Assembly (NCBI GenBank): GCA_951406725.2 | Contig: OX597823.1 | Span: 92,814,001-92,878,000 of the forward strand | DNA: 64,000 nt | Direction: 5' to 3' | Origin: Octopus vulgaris | Lineage: Eukaryota | Shown: positions 41,050 to 55,195 of the stretch, piece by piece | Layout of the letters: every line of letters begins with the position of its first letter | Numbering within the stretch: the stretch's first letter is position 1 | Notes under the pieces: generated by a model | What the model was told of the DNA's origin: nothing | Database searches by the model: none | Seen by the model: only the letters and a program-made list of their open reading frames with translations | Position numbers and translations under genes: made by a program

Positions 41050-41478
41050 TTCTTTTCTAGTCTAGGCACAAGACCGAAATTTTGGAGGAGGGGCCAGTCG
41101 ATTACATCGACCCTATTACACAACTGGTACTTAATGTATCGACCCCAAAAGGATAAAAGGTAAAATTGACTTCGGCGGAATTTGAACTCAGAATATAGCG
41201 GCAGATGAAATACTACTACGTATTTCGCCCGGCGTGCTAACGTTTCTTATTTCTTTATTGCCCACAAGGAGCTAAACATAAAGGGGAGAAACAAGCATAG
41301 ACGAGGGGATTAAGTCGATTACATCGACCCCAGTCCGTAACTGGTACATAATTTATCGACCCCGAAAGGATGAAAGGCAAAGTCAACCTCGGCGGAATTT
41401 GAACTCAGAACGTAACGGCAGACGAAATACCGCTAAGCATTTCACCTGGCGTGCTAACGTTTCTGCCAGCTCGCCGCC
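41050..41478 (-). mobile_element. dimeric SINE family B
   Basis: Same layout as 37320-37706. Confidence 0.85.
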
Positions 41479-41700
41479 TACCTTTGAGGTATTCTTATCA
41501 AAAATCCAGACCTGACTGAGTTACTACTCAAATAGAAAATAGGAAATGCGTTTTCTAAATGACCCAATGCTTAATGACTTTGTTTCATCTCAATGGAACA
41601 TTAATCAATCACATCAACACACTAAGCGTGCCATGTCTTTCTGACAATCGATCTAAAACTACAGTATTTGTTGGGTCCATCCTAATTTACTTAGGTGTAT

Positions 41701-42071
41701 ATTCTTTTCTACTCTAGGCACAAAGCCCAAAATTATTTGTGGGGGCTGGGTGCCAGTCGATTTGATCGACCCCCGAAAGGATGAAAGGCAAAATCGACTT
41801 CGGCGGAATTTGAACTCAGAACGTAGTAAAATGAAATACCTATTTCTTTACTACCCACAAGGGGTTAAACACAGAGGGGACAATCAAAGACAGACAAACG
41901 GATTAAGTCGATTATATGGGCCCCAGTGCGTAACTGGTACTTAGTTTATCGACCCCGAAAGGATGAAAGGCAAAGTCGACCTTGGCGGAATTTGAACTTA
42001 GAACGTAGCGGCAGACGAAATACTGCTAAGCATTTCGCCCGGCGTGCTAACGATTCTGCCAGCTCGCCGCC
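41701..42071 (-). mobile_element. dimeric SINE family B
   Basis: Same layout as 37320-37706. Confidence 0.85.
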
Positions 42072-42806
42072 TTACGCAGGTGTATATTAAGAAACTCTCA
42101 GTTCCTTTTTTCTCCTGCAGAGTAAACTTCTAAAATTTTGATAAACAGATTTGATTTCGAATTCTGTTAGACAGTTAATTTTTTATAATTGTTTTTCCTT
42201 CTATATTTCCTGTAAGACACACTATCAAAGCTAATTTTTATTGCCATGAAGTGAACTAAGGCCAGCAAAGAAAACCATCGATGATATGTTGTAGTATATT
42301 CAAATATAAAGTGGAATTCATCAATATACTTCGTCTGTTTGTATCGATATACAGAAAATCAAAATCGATCTGGTCAGTGACGGCAGAATAAAGGGTTTGC
42401 TGTTTCATATCACACTAGAAATTGAAGCGTTTCCCTTTACAGGTTTACTTCAACGCGGTAGCCCCTATGCACTCAGACGTTCCACTAGACGTAGGAGAGG
42501 AACCTTCTTTTTATATCATGTTAAATCTTATTGAAGAGTAAAACAACTGCAACACGATGAAAACTCCTTCTCTAAAATACACTTCATAAAAATTCTACCT
42601 CATGAAGGGTGGTCTGTGGGGGAAACGAATACAACATCCTTGTATTTCGAGGGATTTAAGGATAGTATTCAATTCCTAACGCATTAAGCTCAATGCTACA
42701 AACTTTTACGCGGGTCCACACACTACGAATCCGCATTTCAGAGAAAATGGCATCCACTTCAAAATTGATAACGGACAGATTTTTAAAAACATTTTATAAA
42801 CATTAT

Positions 42807-43172
42807 AGGCACAGGTACCTCTGTGTTTTGAGAAGTTTGGTTCCAAGCACGTAGTTCTGGGTTCATTCCCATTCTGTAGCACTTTGCACAAGTGTCTTCT
42901 CCAATAGCCTCGATCCCACCAAAGCTTTGTGAGTGGACTTGGTACACAGAAACTGAAAGAAGCCCATCCTATGTGTGTGTATGTGTGTGTGTGTTGCTGT
43001 GTTTACGTCCCAGTAGCTTAATGGTTCGCTAAAAGAGGCTGATCGAATAAGTACGAGGCATGAAATAAATAAGTGTAATAAATATTGGAGTCGTTTCAAT
43101 CGACTAATCTTTCTTCAAGGCAATGCCCCAGCGTGGCCGCGGCCAGATGAATGGAACTAACAAAATATAAGA
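42807..43172 (+). mobile_element. decayed SINE family A
   Basis: Head, internal (GT)n, and GCCCCAGCGTGGCCGC tail. Confidence 0.7.
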
Positions 43173-43853
43173 TATAGAATATTAGTTTCTATGTCGTTTC
43201 TAGGTCGTAGTCGTCGAAGTCACTATTGCCATCGTCACTAAAATTTACTAAAACCACCACCACAAACAGCAACAGCAACACTACCAACACCATAATCATC
43301 ATCATCTTCATCGTCCTCATCAATATCTTGGTTACCGTCCTCAATAATTTTCACCATAAACTTTTTCCTGACTTCTTCGCAATTTCTCAATATTTTCTAC
43401 ATCTGTAATTTCCAGAAAGAGATTCCATATTTTTTTTGCTTTTTTGTTTCTTTTTCTCTCTTTGGATTACAATATTCTTCATTTTAATTTTTTTCCCTAT
43501 GGTTTTTGCTTCGTAAATTCATATATTTTCATTTATTTCATTATGCATTTAATCACCGAAGTGACATATCCTGTTTTCCAAGAATTCATTAATTCTAGCA
43601 AATTATAACTCTCCGAATTCCAAGACGAAATATTAGTTCTACTCAATTCTGAAATGGCCCAAAAAAGTATTTTTCCGCTCGCACATTTTGAAATCATTAT
43701 TTTCTCCTTGAAAAACTTTAGTGGTTTTAAAGTGCTAACTGCAATTGCTTTACATCCTAGCATTGAATTAACTTTCTAAATCTTTGCTAAATTCCAATTT
43801 TTCTGCTTGAAACATTAAAAAATCACCAATTATTAGATGCAGACGTGGCTTTA

Positions 43854-43976
43854 GGCGCGCGTGTAGATATGTGGCAAGAAGTTTGCTTCCCGCACCACGG
43901 TTTCGTGTTCGGTCCCACTACGTTGCAACTTAGGTAAGTGATTTCCATTCCAGCCTCGGACCGACTAGATAGAGAA

Positions 43977-44048
<72 letters not shown>

Positions 44049-44270
44049 ATGTCTGTGTGAGAGTGTGGGCGCTCGTGTGTGTGTTTGTGTGTGCTGCTAT
44101 GTTTTGTCCACGTAACTTAGCGATTCAGTGAAAGATCCCAATAAGAAGAATAAGTACCAGGCTTTAAAACAACAAATAATGGGATCAATTCATTCGACCA
44201 AAATTTCTTTAAGTCGGCGCCCCAACATGGACGCAGTTTAATTGCTGAAACAAGTAAAAGTTAAAAGATG
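43854..44270 (+). mobile_element. decayed SINE family A with internal (GATA)n
   Basis: Head and tail homology to 203-560. Confidence 0.7.
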
Positions 44271-44760
44271 AAGGCTCTCTCTTACCTCAAGTATAGTGAC
44301 AAGTGATTCGGTGTTGTCACTTCAGAGTGACTATAAATGTAGCTGATGGTGATGTACTGGGCACAGTTTCATTCTGTAGCAAACTAATAAATAGACTGAC
44401 TTTATATTCCACTCAGTGAAAGCAAAAGCTTCTCCCAACATCTGACTTCGTCTTCTCTGCAAACACACTCACATGAATATTTTGATGCGGTAAGGAGCTA
44501 TGTGAAGCTGTTATTAAAAAAGATAACAACCACCAATATGTAGCGAGCCACTTTGTTTCGTTTGTATCATACCTAGATACTGAGTGGACTATGTATATAT
44601 ATATACATATATATGTAAAACAGTAGACAGAAGAATACAGACAGGGGAACAGAGCAATTATAGAAATTATACAGCATACCAATTCCTTTATAAATATACA
44701 TAAAGGTAAGAACATAAACATATCGTCAGTTGCAATGCTAATAAAACGCTGGAGTGGTTT

Positions 44761-44825
<65 letters not shown>

Positions 44826-45170
44826 TATTACAAAAAGAAAATAGAAACTACACGTGGAAATGTAAGGGGAAACTAAGAAAAATCAACGAAAATACACATT
44901 GTAAATAAAATAAGAAGAAAAAGCTCTTTATGAAAGGTAACGACAGATATATACAATTAGATGAACTGAGGTAGGAATAAAAGTAATAAAAGTCATAAAC
45001 GTCATTATTATGATATATATATATATATATATATATATGATATACATATATATTTCCTGGTTTCGAATATCTGGCGTTCTTGTTATCTTTCATTCTATTA
45101 TCATTTGTTTGTTCCCATCTGGGCTATGAAAGGTTTTTGTATATATTCTTGTTGGACCTAATTAGTCACA

Positions 45171-45280
45171 CCAGTATGTAATTCCTGACGAAGAATCTAA
45201 TTTTTATTTCATGATGAGTTTTTTCGTTTTTGTCTTTGGAATTAATTAGATTCCGAAACAATTTGTAAAATGTATATTGG
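45171..45280 (+). ncRNA. type I hammerhead ribozyme with long stem II
   Basis: CCAGTATGTAATTC-CTGACGA-AGAATCTAATT...AATTAGATTCC-GAAA-CAATTTG-TA-AAATGTATATTGG. GUA cleavage triplet. Confidence 0.7.
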
Positions 45281-45842
45281 TTCTGTAGCAACTTGGATCA
45301 TGAATTAAAGATCGTCTGCACTTACAATTTTTCCTTTCCTGATACTTCATCTATTGTTTTTGCAAAAACTGAATATATATATATTCTCTACGTGGACTGT
45401 ACCGCCAGACTTAGATATTTCACATCCCTTTCAAGGATTCCAGTACTCACCACTTTTATATATTTATACATATATATATTAGTGGGTAAAGGACAACAAA
45501 ACCAAAGCAAGACGAGTATCGCAAGTCATTTAGAATATTTAATTAGAGTAAACAGAATGTGAAATAATTAATTAAATAGTTAATTAATTAACCAATCAAT
45601 TAATTAATTAATTGATGGATGTCTTTCTTGGATATCCCAAGTGATATGTTAGCATCCCCATACACTTGTTTTATTCCGTCATCAGAGACAAGAGGAGTAT
45701 GTACGACAGTTCTAGCAGAGAATTCACAGTGTATAAATAAAGGAATAAAATAGTAGAAAGCAGAATAAAGAGTAAAACAGTAGAGAGAAGAATACATGAA
45801 GAAAAAACTCAATTATATATATGTGTGTGTGTATACACATTA

Positions 45843-45892
<50 letters not shown>

Positions 45893-46871
45893 ACTGTGTG
45901 TGGTGGTGGTGTGTTTGTATGTTCGTAAGTACGTATGTATGTATGTATGTATGTATGTATGTATGTATGTATGTATGCATGTATGTATGTATGTATGTAT
46001 GTTTATATATGTATGTATGTGTATATATGTATGTATGTATGCTAATTATCTTGCAGCATATAACACAAATTCCTAATGGTTTGCTAGCGGCTATTAGGGA
46101 CAATGGAGTCAGATGTGAACCATTTATTAATAATATATGAAATATGACAGAATGTCTTCTCACCAAAATTTTCCAGTGTCGTGTTTTTTGCCAGGTCGTA
46201 AAGAGATTTCTAAAGCAATTCTCTGTCAACAACCTGTAGCTTCAGAGACGTTAGCAAATCATAAAATATTCCCGTATTGCAATCAAAAGCCAGAAGGAAA
46301 ACACCTGAATATCTGTGACCAGCTGCTTTCCTCCACCATTCACATAAATCATTTGTTAATTATCGACCAGAAGAAGAATTACTTGATCTACAAAAGTGTG
46401 CTGTAATTTATTTAAGCTTTTTTAGTGACTTGTTACCCTGTAGTTTCCATAGAGTGCTGCGACACGTTCAAAAACCACTACAGAACATATGGATGGTCAT
46501 CTCACATCCATTTCTCAAAATGTCTTTCGATAATTCCCGAGGACGTGGTTATATTACAAATTAAGCTTGGTATCAATGTAACTGGTAATCAACAAAAGAC
46601 TGATATTGTTCTCAATGCTTAGCACATATATGACTGAAGTTATTTCCTCTTCGATCACCGTTTAACCTGCTCTAATATGCTACATCTACAATGCTCATTA
46701 TATCATACTATAGTTTTATTCCGAAAGGTGTGATTTAAGAGAGATTTGACAGCTCTTTCGATTACATCAAGTGACGTAGAAACTACCTACTTAGGTCGGT
46801 AAGGAGTTTCTCTATATCTACCTAGGTCATTAACTAATATTTCGGAGCCCTCCTTTCGTTTATCGCTTACC

Positions 46872-47129
46872 GTTTAGTTGTTTCAGTCATTAGACAGCGG
46901 CCATTTGGGGCACCATTTTGAAGAGTTTTGAATGAACGAATCGACTCCTGTACTTACTTTTGGTTTTAAACCTGGTATTTATTTTATAGCGGTTTCTCTT
47001 GCCGAACCGCTAACTTACGAGAACGTAAACACACCAAAACCGGTATCAAGCGCTGTGGAAGACAAATATAGACATAAATACACGCACACATATATACATA
47101 CATACATGCATACATAATACACACATATG

Positions 47130-47190
<61 letters not shown>

Positions 47191-47204
47191 CATACATTCA
47201 TTCA

Positions 47205-47257
<53 letters not shown>

Positions 47258-47365
47258 GTCTGGCTTTTTTTAGTTTCAATCTATCAAATCCACTCACAAG
47301 ACATATAGTAGAAAACACTTGCCCAAGGTGCCACGCAGTAAGACTGAACCCATAACCATGCAGCT
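46872..47365 (-). mobile_element. SINE family A with expanded internal microsatellite
   Basis: Homology to 203-560. Confidence 0.75.
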
Positions 47366-48937
47366 TGCATTAATATTGTCCATGGTACTAATGAGGCAAT
47401 AATGATGGCTGCCATGATGATGAAAATAATAGAGATCATGACCTTCCTCATAATGCCTTTTAAGATACTTTTCGTAATATTCTTGAAGCAGGTCAGAGTC
47501 AATTATTCTTTAGATTTCTCGATAATATTTATTAAATTCCTTATTGGTATTATGTATTTATTTAATATTTATGTCTTGTAGAATTTTCTACATAAGACTT
47601 TTGGTAAGAGAAATTGAGAGATGAGAATTCTGCACATTTAAGAGAAGAATCATTCGAATATGCTTTAGGGAAATATAAAAAGAGACAGAAGATGAGAGAG
47701 AATAGTTTTTCGATATCATTATTCATAAATGAATGTCACACTCTTACGCAAGTGGCAATTTATATGATAAATCACGTTCTGAAAAAGAAACCTTGCCAAG
47801 GAGAAACAATTACAGTTTAAAAGAGAAACTATATTATCATCAGGTGCTAACTATTGAAATGGAATATCTGACAAGTTAGATATTCCCTGGTTGCCAGCGC
47901 ATAAAATATTCTTGCTATTATCTTAATAATAAGTGGTCAAATAATATTTGGTTTTTAACAATAGATGCAAGCTAATTATAAGGCAAAGAAATTATCATTT
48001 GCATAATGAATAGCAAGGAAGGAAAATAATGTAGTAAGATATAATATTTCATGATATTTACATGTACAAAATGACCAACTTTAAATCACGTTACTTTGCT
48101 TTTAACTTTGATATAAGCTAAAGAGTGGGGGTGCAGTGCCCATGGCTTTTGAAAAGGATTTAAATCTAATAGAACCGTTGTCTACTATACGATGCTGAGA
48201 AAGGGAAAGGCACAATGGGGAAGCGATTAAAAGTAGAGGATACAGTTTCATAAATGAGAGAGTGAAGAGACCTTAAAGTGTGATTAAAGGTGGATAGACG
48301 GGGTGAGTTGACTGGATATAAAACTATATATTTTTATTGAAGTTTGACTAAGTATGAAATGAAAATAGACGCAGAGGGACTTTGCCGAGCAGTGAAAATG
48401 TGTTCTTTTGGAGATTGTGTGTGACATCTGTGTGTTTAGAAAAGAAATGCTCTGCCATATACCTTAACTGTAACTCAATGTTGCTAATATGTTAAAAGCT
48501 ATCTGGCTCTTAATACCACTAGAATGTAGTTAATACTGATTCTGCAATCCTATTATGGAAGTAATTGCTGTATTGAAATATTCGTTCGTGAACAATATTA
48601 ACCACCACCTTAAGTTCGATAGAAAATTAATTTCTATGAATTAAATATTAAATTTCATCAGTTTCATATCCATTCCTCTTTATGCCGCCTCCACACGTAG
48701 GCAACGTTCAAGACATTTCCATTTCACTTGAAGCAGTTGTGAATATAGGAACTACTTGATTCTTAAGTGATACAATCCCTCTTTATTTCCAGATTTTATC
48801 GGTCATGCCATATGACATGCTCACGGAATACATTCCCCTACGGCAGACACAGGTTTGTTTTTTTTCCCAAAGAAAATCTTTGATGATATTGCTATTAAAT
48901 ATTGATATAGGCCGTTGAATGTATGTCACCAGGAATT

Positions 48938-49143
48938 ACTTTTCTAATCTAGGCAGAAGGCCCAAAATTTTGGGGAGGGGGTCCAGTCGATTAGATCGAT
49001 CCCAGTACGCAACTAGTACTTAATTTGTCTACCCCGAAAAGATGAAAGGCAAAGTCGACCTCGGCGGAATTTGAACTCAGAACGCAAAGACACGAAATAC
49101 CGCATATCGTCCGGTGTGCTAAAGTTTCTGCCAGTTCGCCGCT
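48938..49143 (-). mobile_element. SINE family B monomer
   Basis: Head, Meta-like domain and CCTAGA.TAGAAAAG tail. Confidence 0.85.
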
Positions 49144-49482
49144 TGGTGTCACCAAGAATATTGTTGTTGAATCTGGTTAAGACATCACTTCAACACCCTC
49201 ACTGCTCGAGTCTGAATCACTTCCATCAAGTGTTCTACGCTGAGTGATAAACTTGATAGTCTTCGAGGCCGTTTTTCTAATCATTTAGACACGTGTGGTC
49301 CAGTGTTAATTTTCAGATAGCTAACAATCATTTAGTTAACTGACGCAGTCAATTGAGGGTTTCTGGTCTGCACCATTCCATTGGTTAACTAATTTTTTGT
49401 AGAAGCAGCATTTTCACGCATCTTCAACTGAATCTTGCTGATTCTCTTAGACATGTCAATATCAGTTGTTTCTCCATTTTTT

Positions 49483-49606
<124 letters not shown>

Positions 49607-49796
49607 TGTATATACATATACATATATATCACCCGTTTAATACAATAAATGAGTTAATTGCATTGCAATTAAAATATTTATGTATTAAGAATCTAGTTCC
49701 CTTACCAACAGAGTATTGGATAAATATTATCACTTAGTGGGTTACACCCATTACCCCTAACTTACTTTGTGTTATATATACATATATATATATATA

Positions 49797-51750
49797 TTTT
49801 ATTTTTCAGCTCACAAGCTGTGGCCATGCTGGGGCACAGCCATTTGGTGTTGCTACATGATTTTCACGAATGCTTTTTAGCTATTGCCATTTGGTGCATG
49901 AGAGAGTTCGATGCAGCTGCCCTCATCTGCACCTCCTGCCGTGAAGTTGGTTCGTCTGAGACACCTGACAAGAAGAGATCCAGTTTTATTTTAAAGTCAT
50001 CTGCATCCACCCCATGCAGGTCTCTTAAGTTCTTCGGGAGGATATTGAAGAGTTGTGGGCCTCGGAAGCCCAGGCTACCACAGTATATTGTCCTACATCT
50101 TGATGGCAAATTTGGAGTCCTTGGCACTGTGCAGTGGCGCCCAGTTCTGGCATTTGTGTAACTCTCGATGCCAAAGTTTGGGACAAGTCCTTCTAGGATC
50201 TTCCAGATGTATATTATGGCATATCCTTCTCGCCTACGCTCTAAGGAATAGAGTCTCAATCTCTTGAGTTTTTCCCAATAGCTTATATGCTGTACAGAGG
50301 CTATCTTCTTCGTGTAGCTTCGTTGGATCACCTCAAGTTCTGTGATTAACTTGACACTGGATGGTGACCATAGCTGAGAGCAATAGTCAAAGTGGCTTAG
50401 GACAAGTGTCCTCCAGAGGACCATCATGGTTTCCTAGTCTCTTGTTCTAAAGGTTCTAAGAATCCATCCGGTCAGCCGCCTACATTTCATTGCCAATTTA
50501 GCAACATGCACATGAAACGTTGCATCATCACTCATGTAAATACCCAGGTCTCGCACTGATTGTGCTTCTGGGATTGCAATCCCTCCAGGTCCAGTGTATT
50601 TATTGGGTATTGACTTTAGTTTTGCATGCTGATAGCATAAAGCTTGAAACTTTTCAGCATTGAACTGCATGCTATTCTTTTCAGCCCACTTGTATATTTT
50701 GTCCAACTCACATTGCAGGTGCTTAGTGTCTTCAGGGTTCTGTACTGCCTGTGAAACTTTTGTATCATCTGCATAACTTGTGATCGTGGCTCTCTGCGTG
50801 GCTGACGGCATGTCTGAGAGGGCCATTATGAACAGTAAAAGGGTAAAGACCCCCTTCGGTCATGAATGACCATGGGATTGCACCTAGAAATTTACCCTCC
50901 TAGACACAAGTCCGGGCAAGGTTGTTTATGGAAGGCTAGCAGTCGCCCATGCATACCAGCCTCCCCTCTCCACGCCACCAGTGTTATCCAAGGGAAGGAC
51001 AAAGGTCGATACAGCTTGGCACCAGTGACGTCGCAACTCATTTCTACAGCTGAGTGAACTGGAGCAACGTGAAATAAAGTGCCTTGCTCGAGAGCACAAC
51101 ACCCAGCCCGGTCCGGGATTCGAGCTCACAACCTCACTATCGTAAGCTCGACGCTCTAACCACTGACGGAACACCGTTCACTAGTTGCGTGTTAATGGAA
51201 GTGGCCCCATTGGCTACTACAACCTGACTTCTATCCTTCAGAAAGTTATGAAGCCATTCTTCCAATTTTCTAACTATGCCAAGATCACGCAGTTTGTGAC
51301 ATATCATTCCATGGTCGACTTTATCAAAGGCCTTTGCAAAGTCGAGATATATCACTTCCACATTTGAGTGGTTGAACAGTCGTTTCAGCACCCAGTCATA
51401 GTGTTGTAGGAGCTGAGTTAAGCAGCTTCTTCCTGGTCGGAAACCATGTTGGGTGTCAGGCAGCAAGTCATTTTCTTCAAGGAAGGTGATTAGTTTCCTT
51501 CTGAATATTCGTTCCATGACCTTGATGATGTGTGAGGTCAGAGAGATAGGTATGTAGTTCTTGGCCTCCGCTCTGCTACCTCCTTTATGAATAGGGAATA
51601 TTTTACCTTCCTTCAGTTTTCTTGGGAGTTTACCAGTTGCAAAGAAGCTCTGAAAGAGGAACTGCAGTGGTCTTGTTAGGACTCTCTTACGTACTTTTAG
51701 AAGGATTGCTGGGAATCCATCGGGGCCAGTAGCCGAGTTTGTTTTCATTT
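49797..51750 (-). mobile_element. 5'-truncated CR1-group LINE (RT to 3' end)
   Basis: [57 protein letters not shown] and LYSLERRR (ORFs 51137-51748, 50434-50826, 49864-50427). 3' hairpin at 49804-49842. Confidence 0.93.
50838..51165 (-). mobile_element. tRNA-derived SINE family D inserted in the LINE RT
   Basis: TCAGTGGTTAGAGCG..GAGCTCGAATCCCG head. Interrupts the NGVP|LLF motif. Confidence 0.85.
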
Positions 51751-51753
51751 GAT

Positions 51754-51933
<180 letters not shown>

Positions 51934-51944
51934 TATATAGAATG

Positions 51945-51995
51945 AGCTTCTACAGGACTAGAACTGTTTCATTCAAGAGAAATCTTCAGGAAGCT
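51945..51995 (-). ncRNA. type I hammerhead ribozyme in inverted pLTR
   Basis: Reverse complement of 56501-56551. Confidence 0.75.
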
Positions 51996-52557
51996 AGTTA
52001 ACAAGAATTGTATTGGCATTTATACATTTAGGCAGGTTTAAAGGGGTGTTGGTGGGGGACTTTTTGGGGGTAGGCATAGCGCAAAATATCATACTTGGGG
52101 GAGTGGTCAAGGAGTCAGTGTTAAATTTGATAGAAGAATAAATAAAAAAATTAAAAAAGGGAATAGAGTTTTAGGTAAATAAGGAGATTCTCACTTATAC
52201 CTATGCACATATGTATACATATATACACACACATACAAACATATATACATATACATACACACATACATACACACACACATATATACATATATATACACTT
52301 ACACATACATATACATATCTACACATACACATATATGTATACATACACACACTCACATGCATACACGTATACACACATGTATATATACACACACGACCAC
52401 ACATACATATACACACAGAAAAATATATATACACATACACACTCATACTCACATACACGCATACACACACATATCCACACACACACATGCACACACAGCA
52501 CACTAGTCCCTATATACACATATATACACATACACACATATATACACACACATACAT

Positions 52558-52588
<31 letters not shown>

Positions 52589-52599
52589 CATATGTGTAC

Positions 52600-53658
52600 C
52601 TAAACCCCAGGACCACGGATGGGTTCCGGAAAAATCTTTACACCTTCTTTAAAAACTTAGGCCTTAGGATTACCTTAGAATCCAACTTAACAAAAGCTAA
52701 CTTCCTTGATGTCACCCTCGACTTAAAAACCTCACTTTATTACCCGTACCACAAACCGAATGAATCCCTTAGATATATAGATATTAATTCCAACCACCCC
52801 AAAAATATATTAGATAACCTAGTAAAAAGTGTCTCAATTAGAATTTCTAGCCTGTCCGCCACGGAAGATATATTTAAGGCCGCAGCCCCCTAATACAACG
52901 AGGCCCTGGCCCGCAGTGGCTTTAAAGATAAGATTACCTATACTAGTATAGCCCCACGCCAACCCAGGAAAAATAGACGAAGACACATTAGCTGGTACAA
53001 CCGTGAGGTCGCTACACCTGTAGCTAAAATCTTCTTCACTCTCCTACAGAAACACTTCCCCACCCAACATAAGTACTACACTATCCTAAATAAGAACACT
53101 ATTAGACTCTCCTACTCTACCACGCCCAATCTAGCCAGGAACCTAGCCAACAACAATGTGAAAAAACTTAACATATCTACTTTTTCCGAGGCCCATCCAA
53201 CGTCCGATAGCAATTGCAACTGCCCTGATAAAACCACCTGCCCCCTCAACAACAACTGCCTACAGAGGGACCTAGTATATACATGCGAGGTAAGATCAGG
53301 CCCTGACGATAAAAGAAAATCCTACATCGGAATGACGTCAAACAGCTTTAAGACCCGTTGGTACGCACACACACACTCGTTCCGGCGACAGGATAAATCC
53401 AACCAAACTACCCTCGCCGCCCACATCTGGTACCTTAAAAAGAACTCCATCCCCTTCAAGACCAAGAAGAAACTACTACAGAAGGCGCGCTCGTACACAG
53501 GAGGCCATACCTGCTGTGACCTCTGCATATCGGAGAGCCTAGAGATCTTGTTCGCCAAAGGCCCTCTCCTTAACAAAATCTCAGATCACTCCCCAAATTG
53601 CATGCATAAGAAGTATGCGAACTACAAGAACTATAGACCTACCCGGCAACCAGATTGA
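52600..53658 (+). pseudogene. PLE RT C-terminus, Zn linker and GIY-YIG endonuclease
   Basis: NFLDVTLDL, YHKPN, SNHP, one in-frame TAA at 52891, KHFP, RLSYS, CNCPDKTTCPLNNNC, LVY..SYIGMTSNSFKTRW, CDLCISE, CMH. Confidence 0.9.
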
Positions 53659-53845
53659 TGACACCCCACCCACAACCCCCCAATCCCACCGTTCCCCTAG
53701 CACCCCCGATTACCTTTTCTCCTAAGACCTTTCACATATTGTATGTGCACGCTTGTATATGTGTATCGTATATATGTATAGAAATGTATGGGTATAGTAG
53801 GAATATACGCATGTATTATGTGTGTGTGTGTGTGTATGTATGTAA

Positions 53846-53879
<34 letters not shown>

Positions 53880-53881
53880 GC

Positions 53882-53912
<31 letters not shown>

Positions 53913-54280
53913 TATATGTATATATGTATATATGTGTGTATGCATATGTATGTGTATGTGTATGTGTGTATGTATGTGTATGTATGTATAAAATATTATA
54001 TAATTAGGGCTTAGTAAAATAAATTACTTTGCCACATACTGAACTTTCTAGAAATAGCAGCCAAAAAAGTTTTTTAGCCTCTTCCACTACTTAGAGAATA
54101 TTTTCCCTCAGACATTGTTTACTCAAAAATAATGGTCCTTTTACATACTGAATACTTGGTGAAATTGATAAATAACTAATTAACTTTACCCTCAATTGTT
54201 GATATATGTATGTGTGTGTATATATATGTATATGTATATATATATGTACATGTATGTATATGTGTATGTATGTATGTATG

Positions 54281-54337
<57 letters not shown>

Positions 54338-54577
54338 GTATGTGTGTGTATATGTGTATTATGTATATATTTATATATATATATATGTATATGTATATGT
54401 ATGTGTGTGTATATGTATATATGTGTATATATATGAGTGTACGCGAGTATGTCGATGTATATGTAGGTATGTAGAGTTATGTGTATGTGCATGTATGTGA
54501 GTGTAGATACAAATTGTAGATGTGTATATATATGTGTGTGTATATATACATGTATATAGGTATATGTATGTGTGTGT

Positions 54578-54615
<38 letters not shown>

Positions 54616-54848
54616 GCGAGTATGTAGAGATATAAGTATGTGCATGTGTTTATGTATGTGTGTATATATATGTATAGGTATGTGTATGTGTATGTATGTA
54701 TATATATATGTGTGTGTGTATGTATGCATATATGTATGTATGTATGTATGTATATGTGTATGTATATATGTGTGTAAGTGTGTGTATATATGTATATGTA
54801 AGTGTGTGTGCGTGTATGAGTATGTATGTTTGTTTGCACACATGTATA

Positions 54849-54901
<53 letters not shown>

Positions 54902-55134
54902 GTATATGTGTGTGTGTGTATATATGTGTGTATGTGTATGTATGTATGTATATATATGCGTGTGTATGTGTATGTGTATATGTACATATACGTGTACGCT
55001 CGTGTGTTTATGTATATGTAGGTACGTAGAGTTATCTATGTGTGTATGTATTTGTACATGTGTGTAAGTATGTATATATATATATATGTGTATGTGTGTG
55101 TGTGTGTGTATATATGTATGTATATGTATATGTA

Positions 55135-55195
<61 letters not shown>

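Noticed and set aside
52600-53658. Selenocysteine recoding, as reported for some Naiad PLEs
   Set aside because: The conserved Cys positions here and at 33580-33993 use Cys codons, and the in-frame stop is TAA, not TGA.
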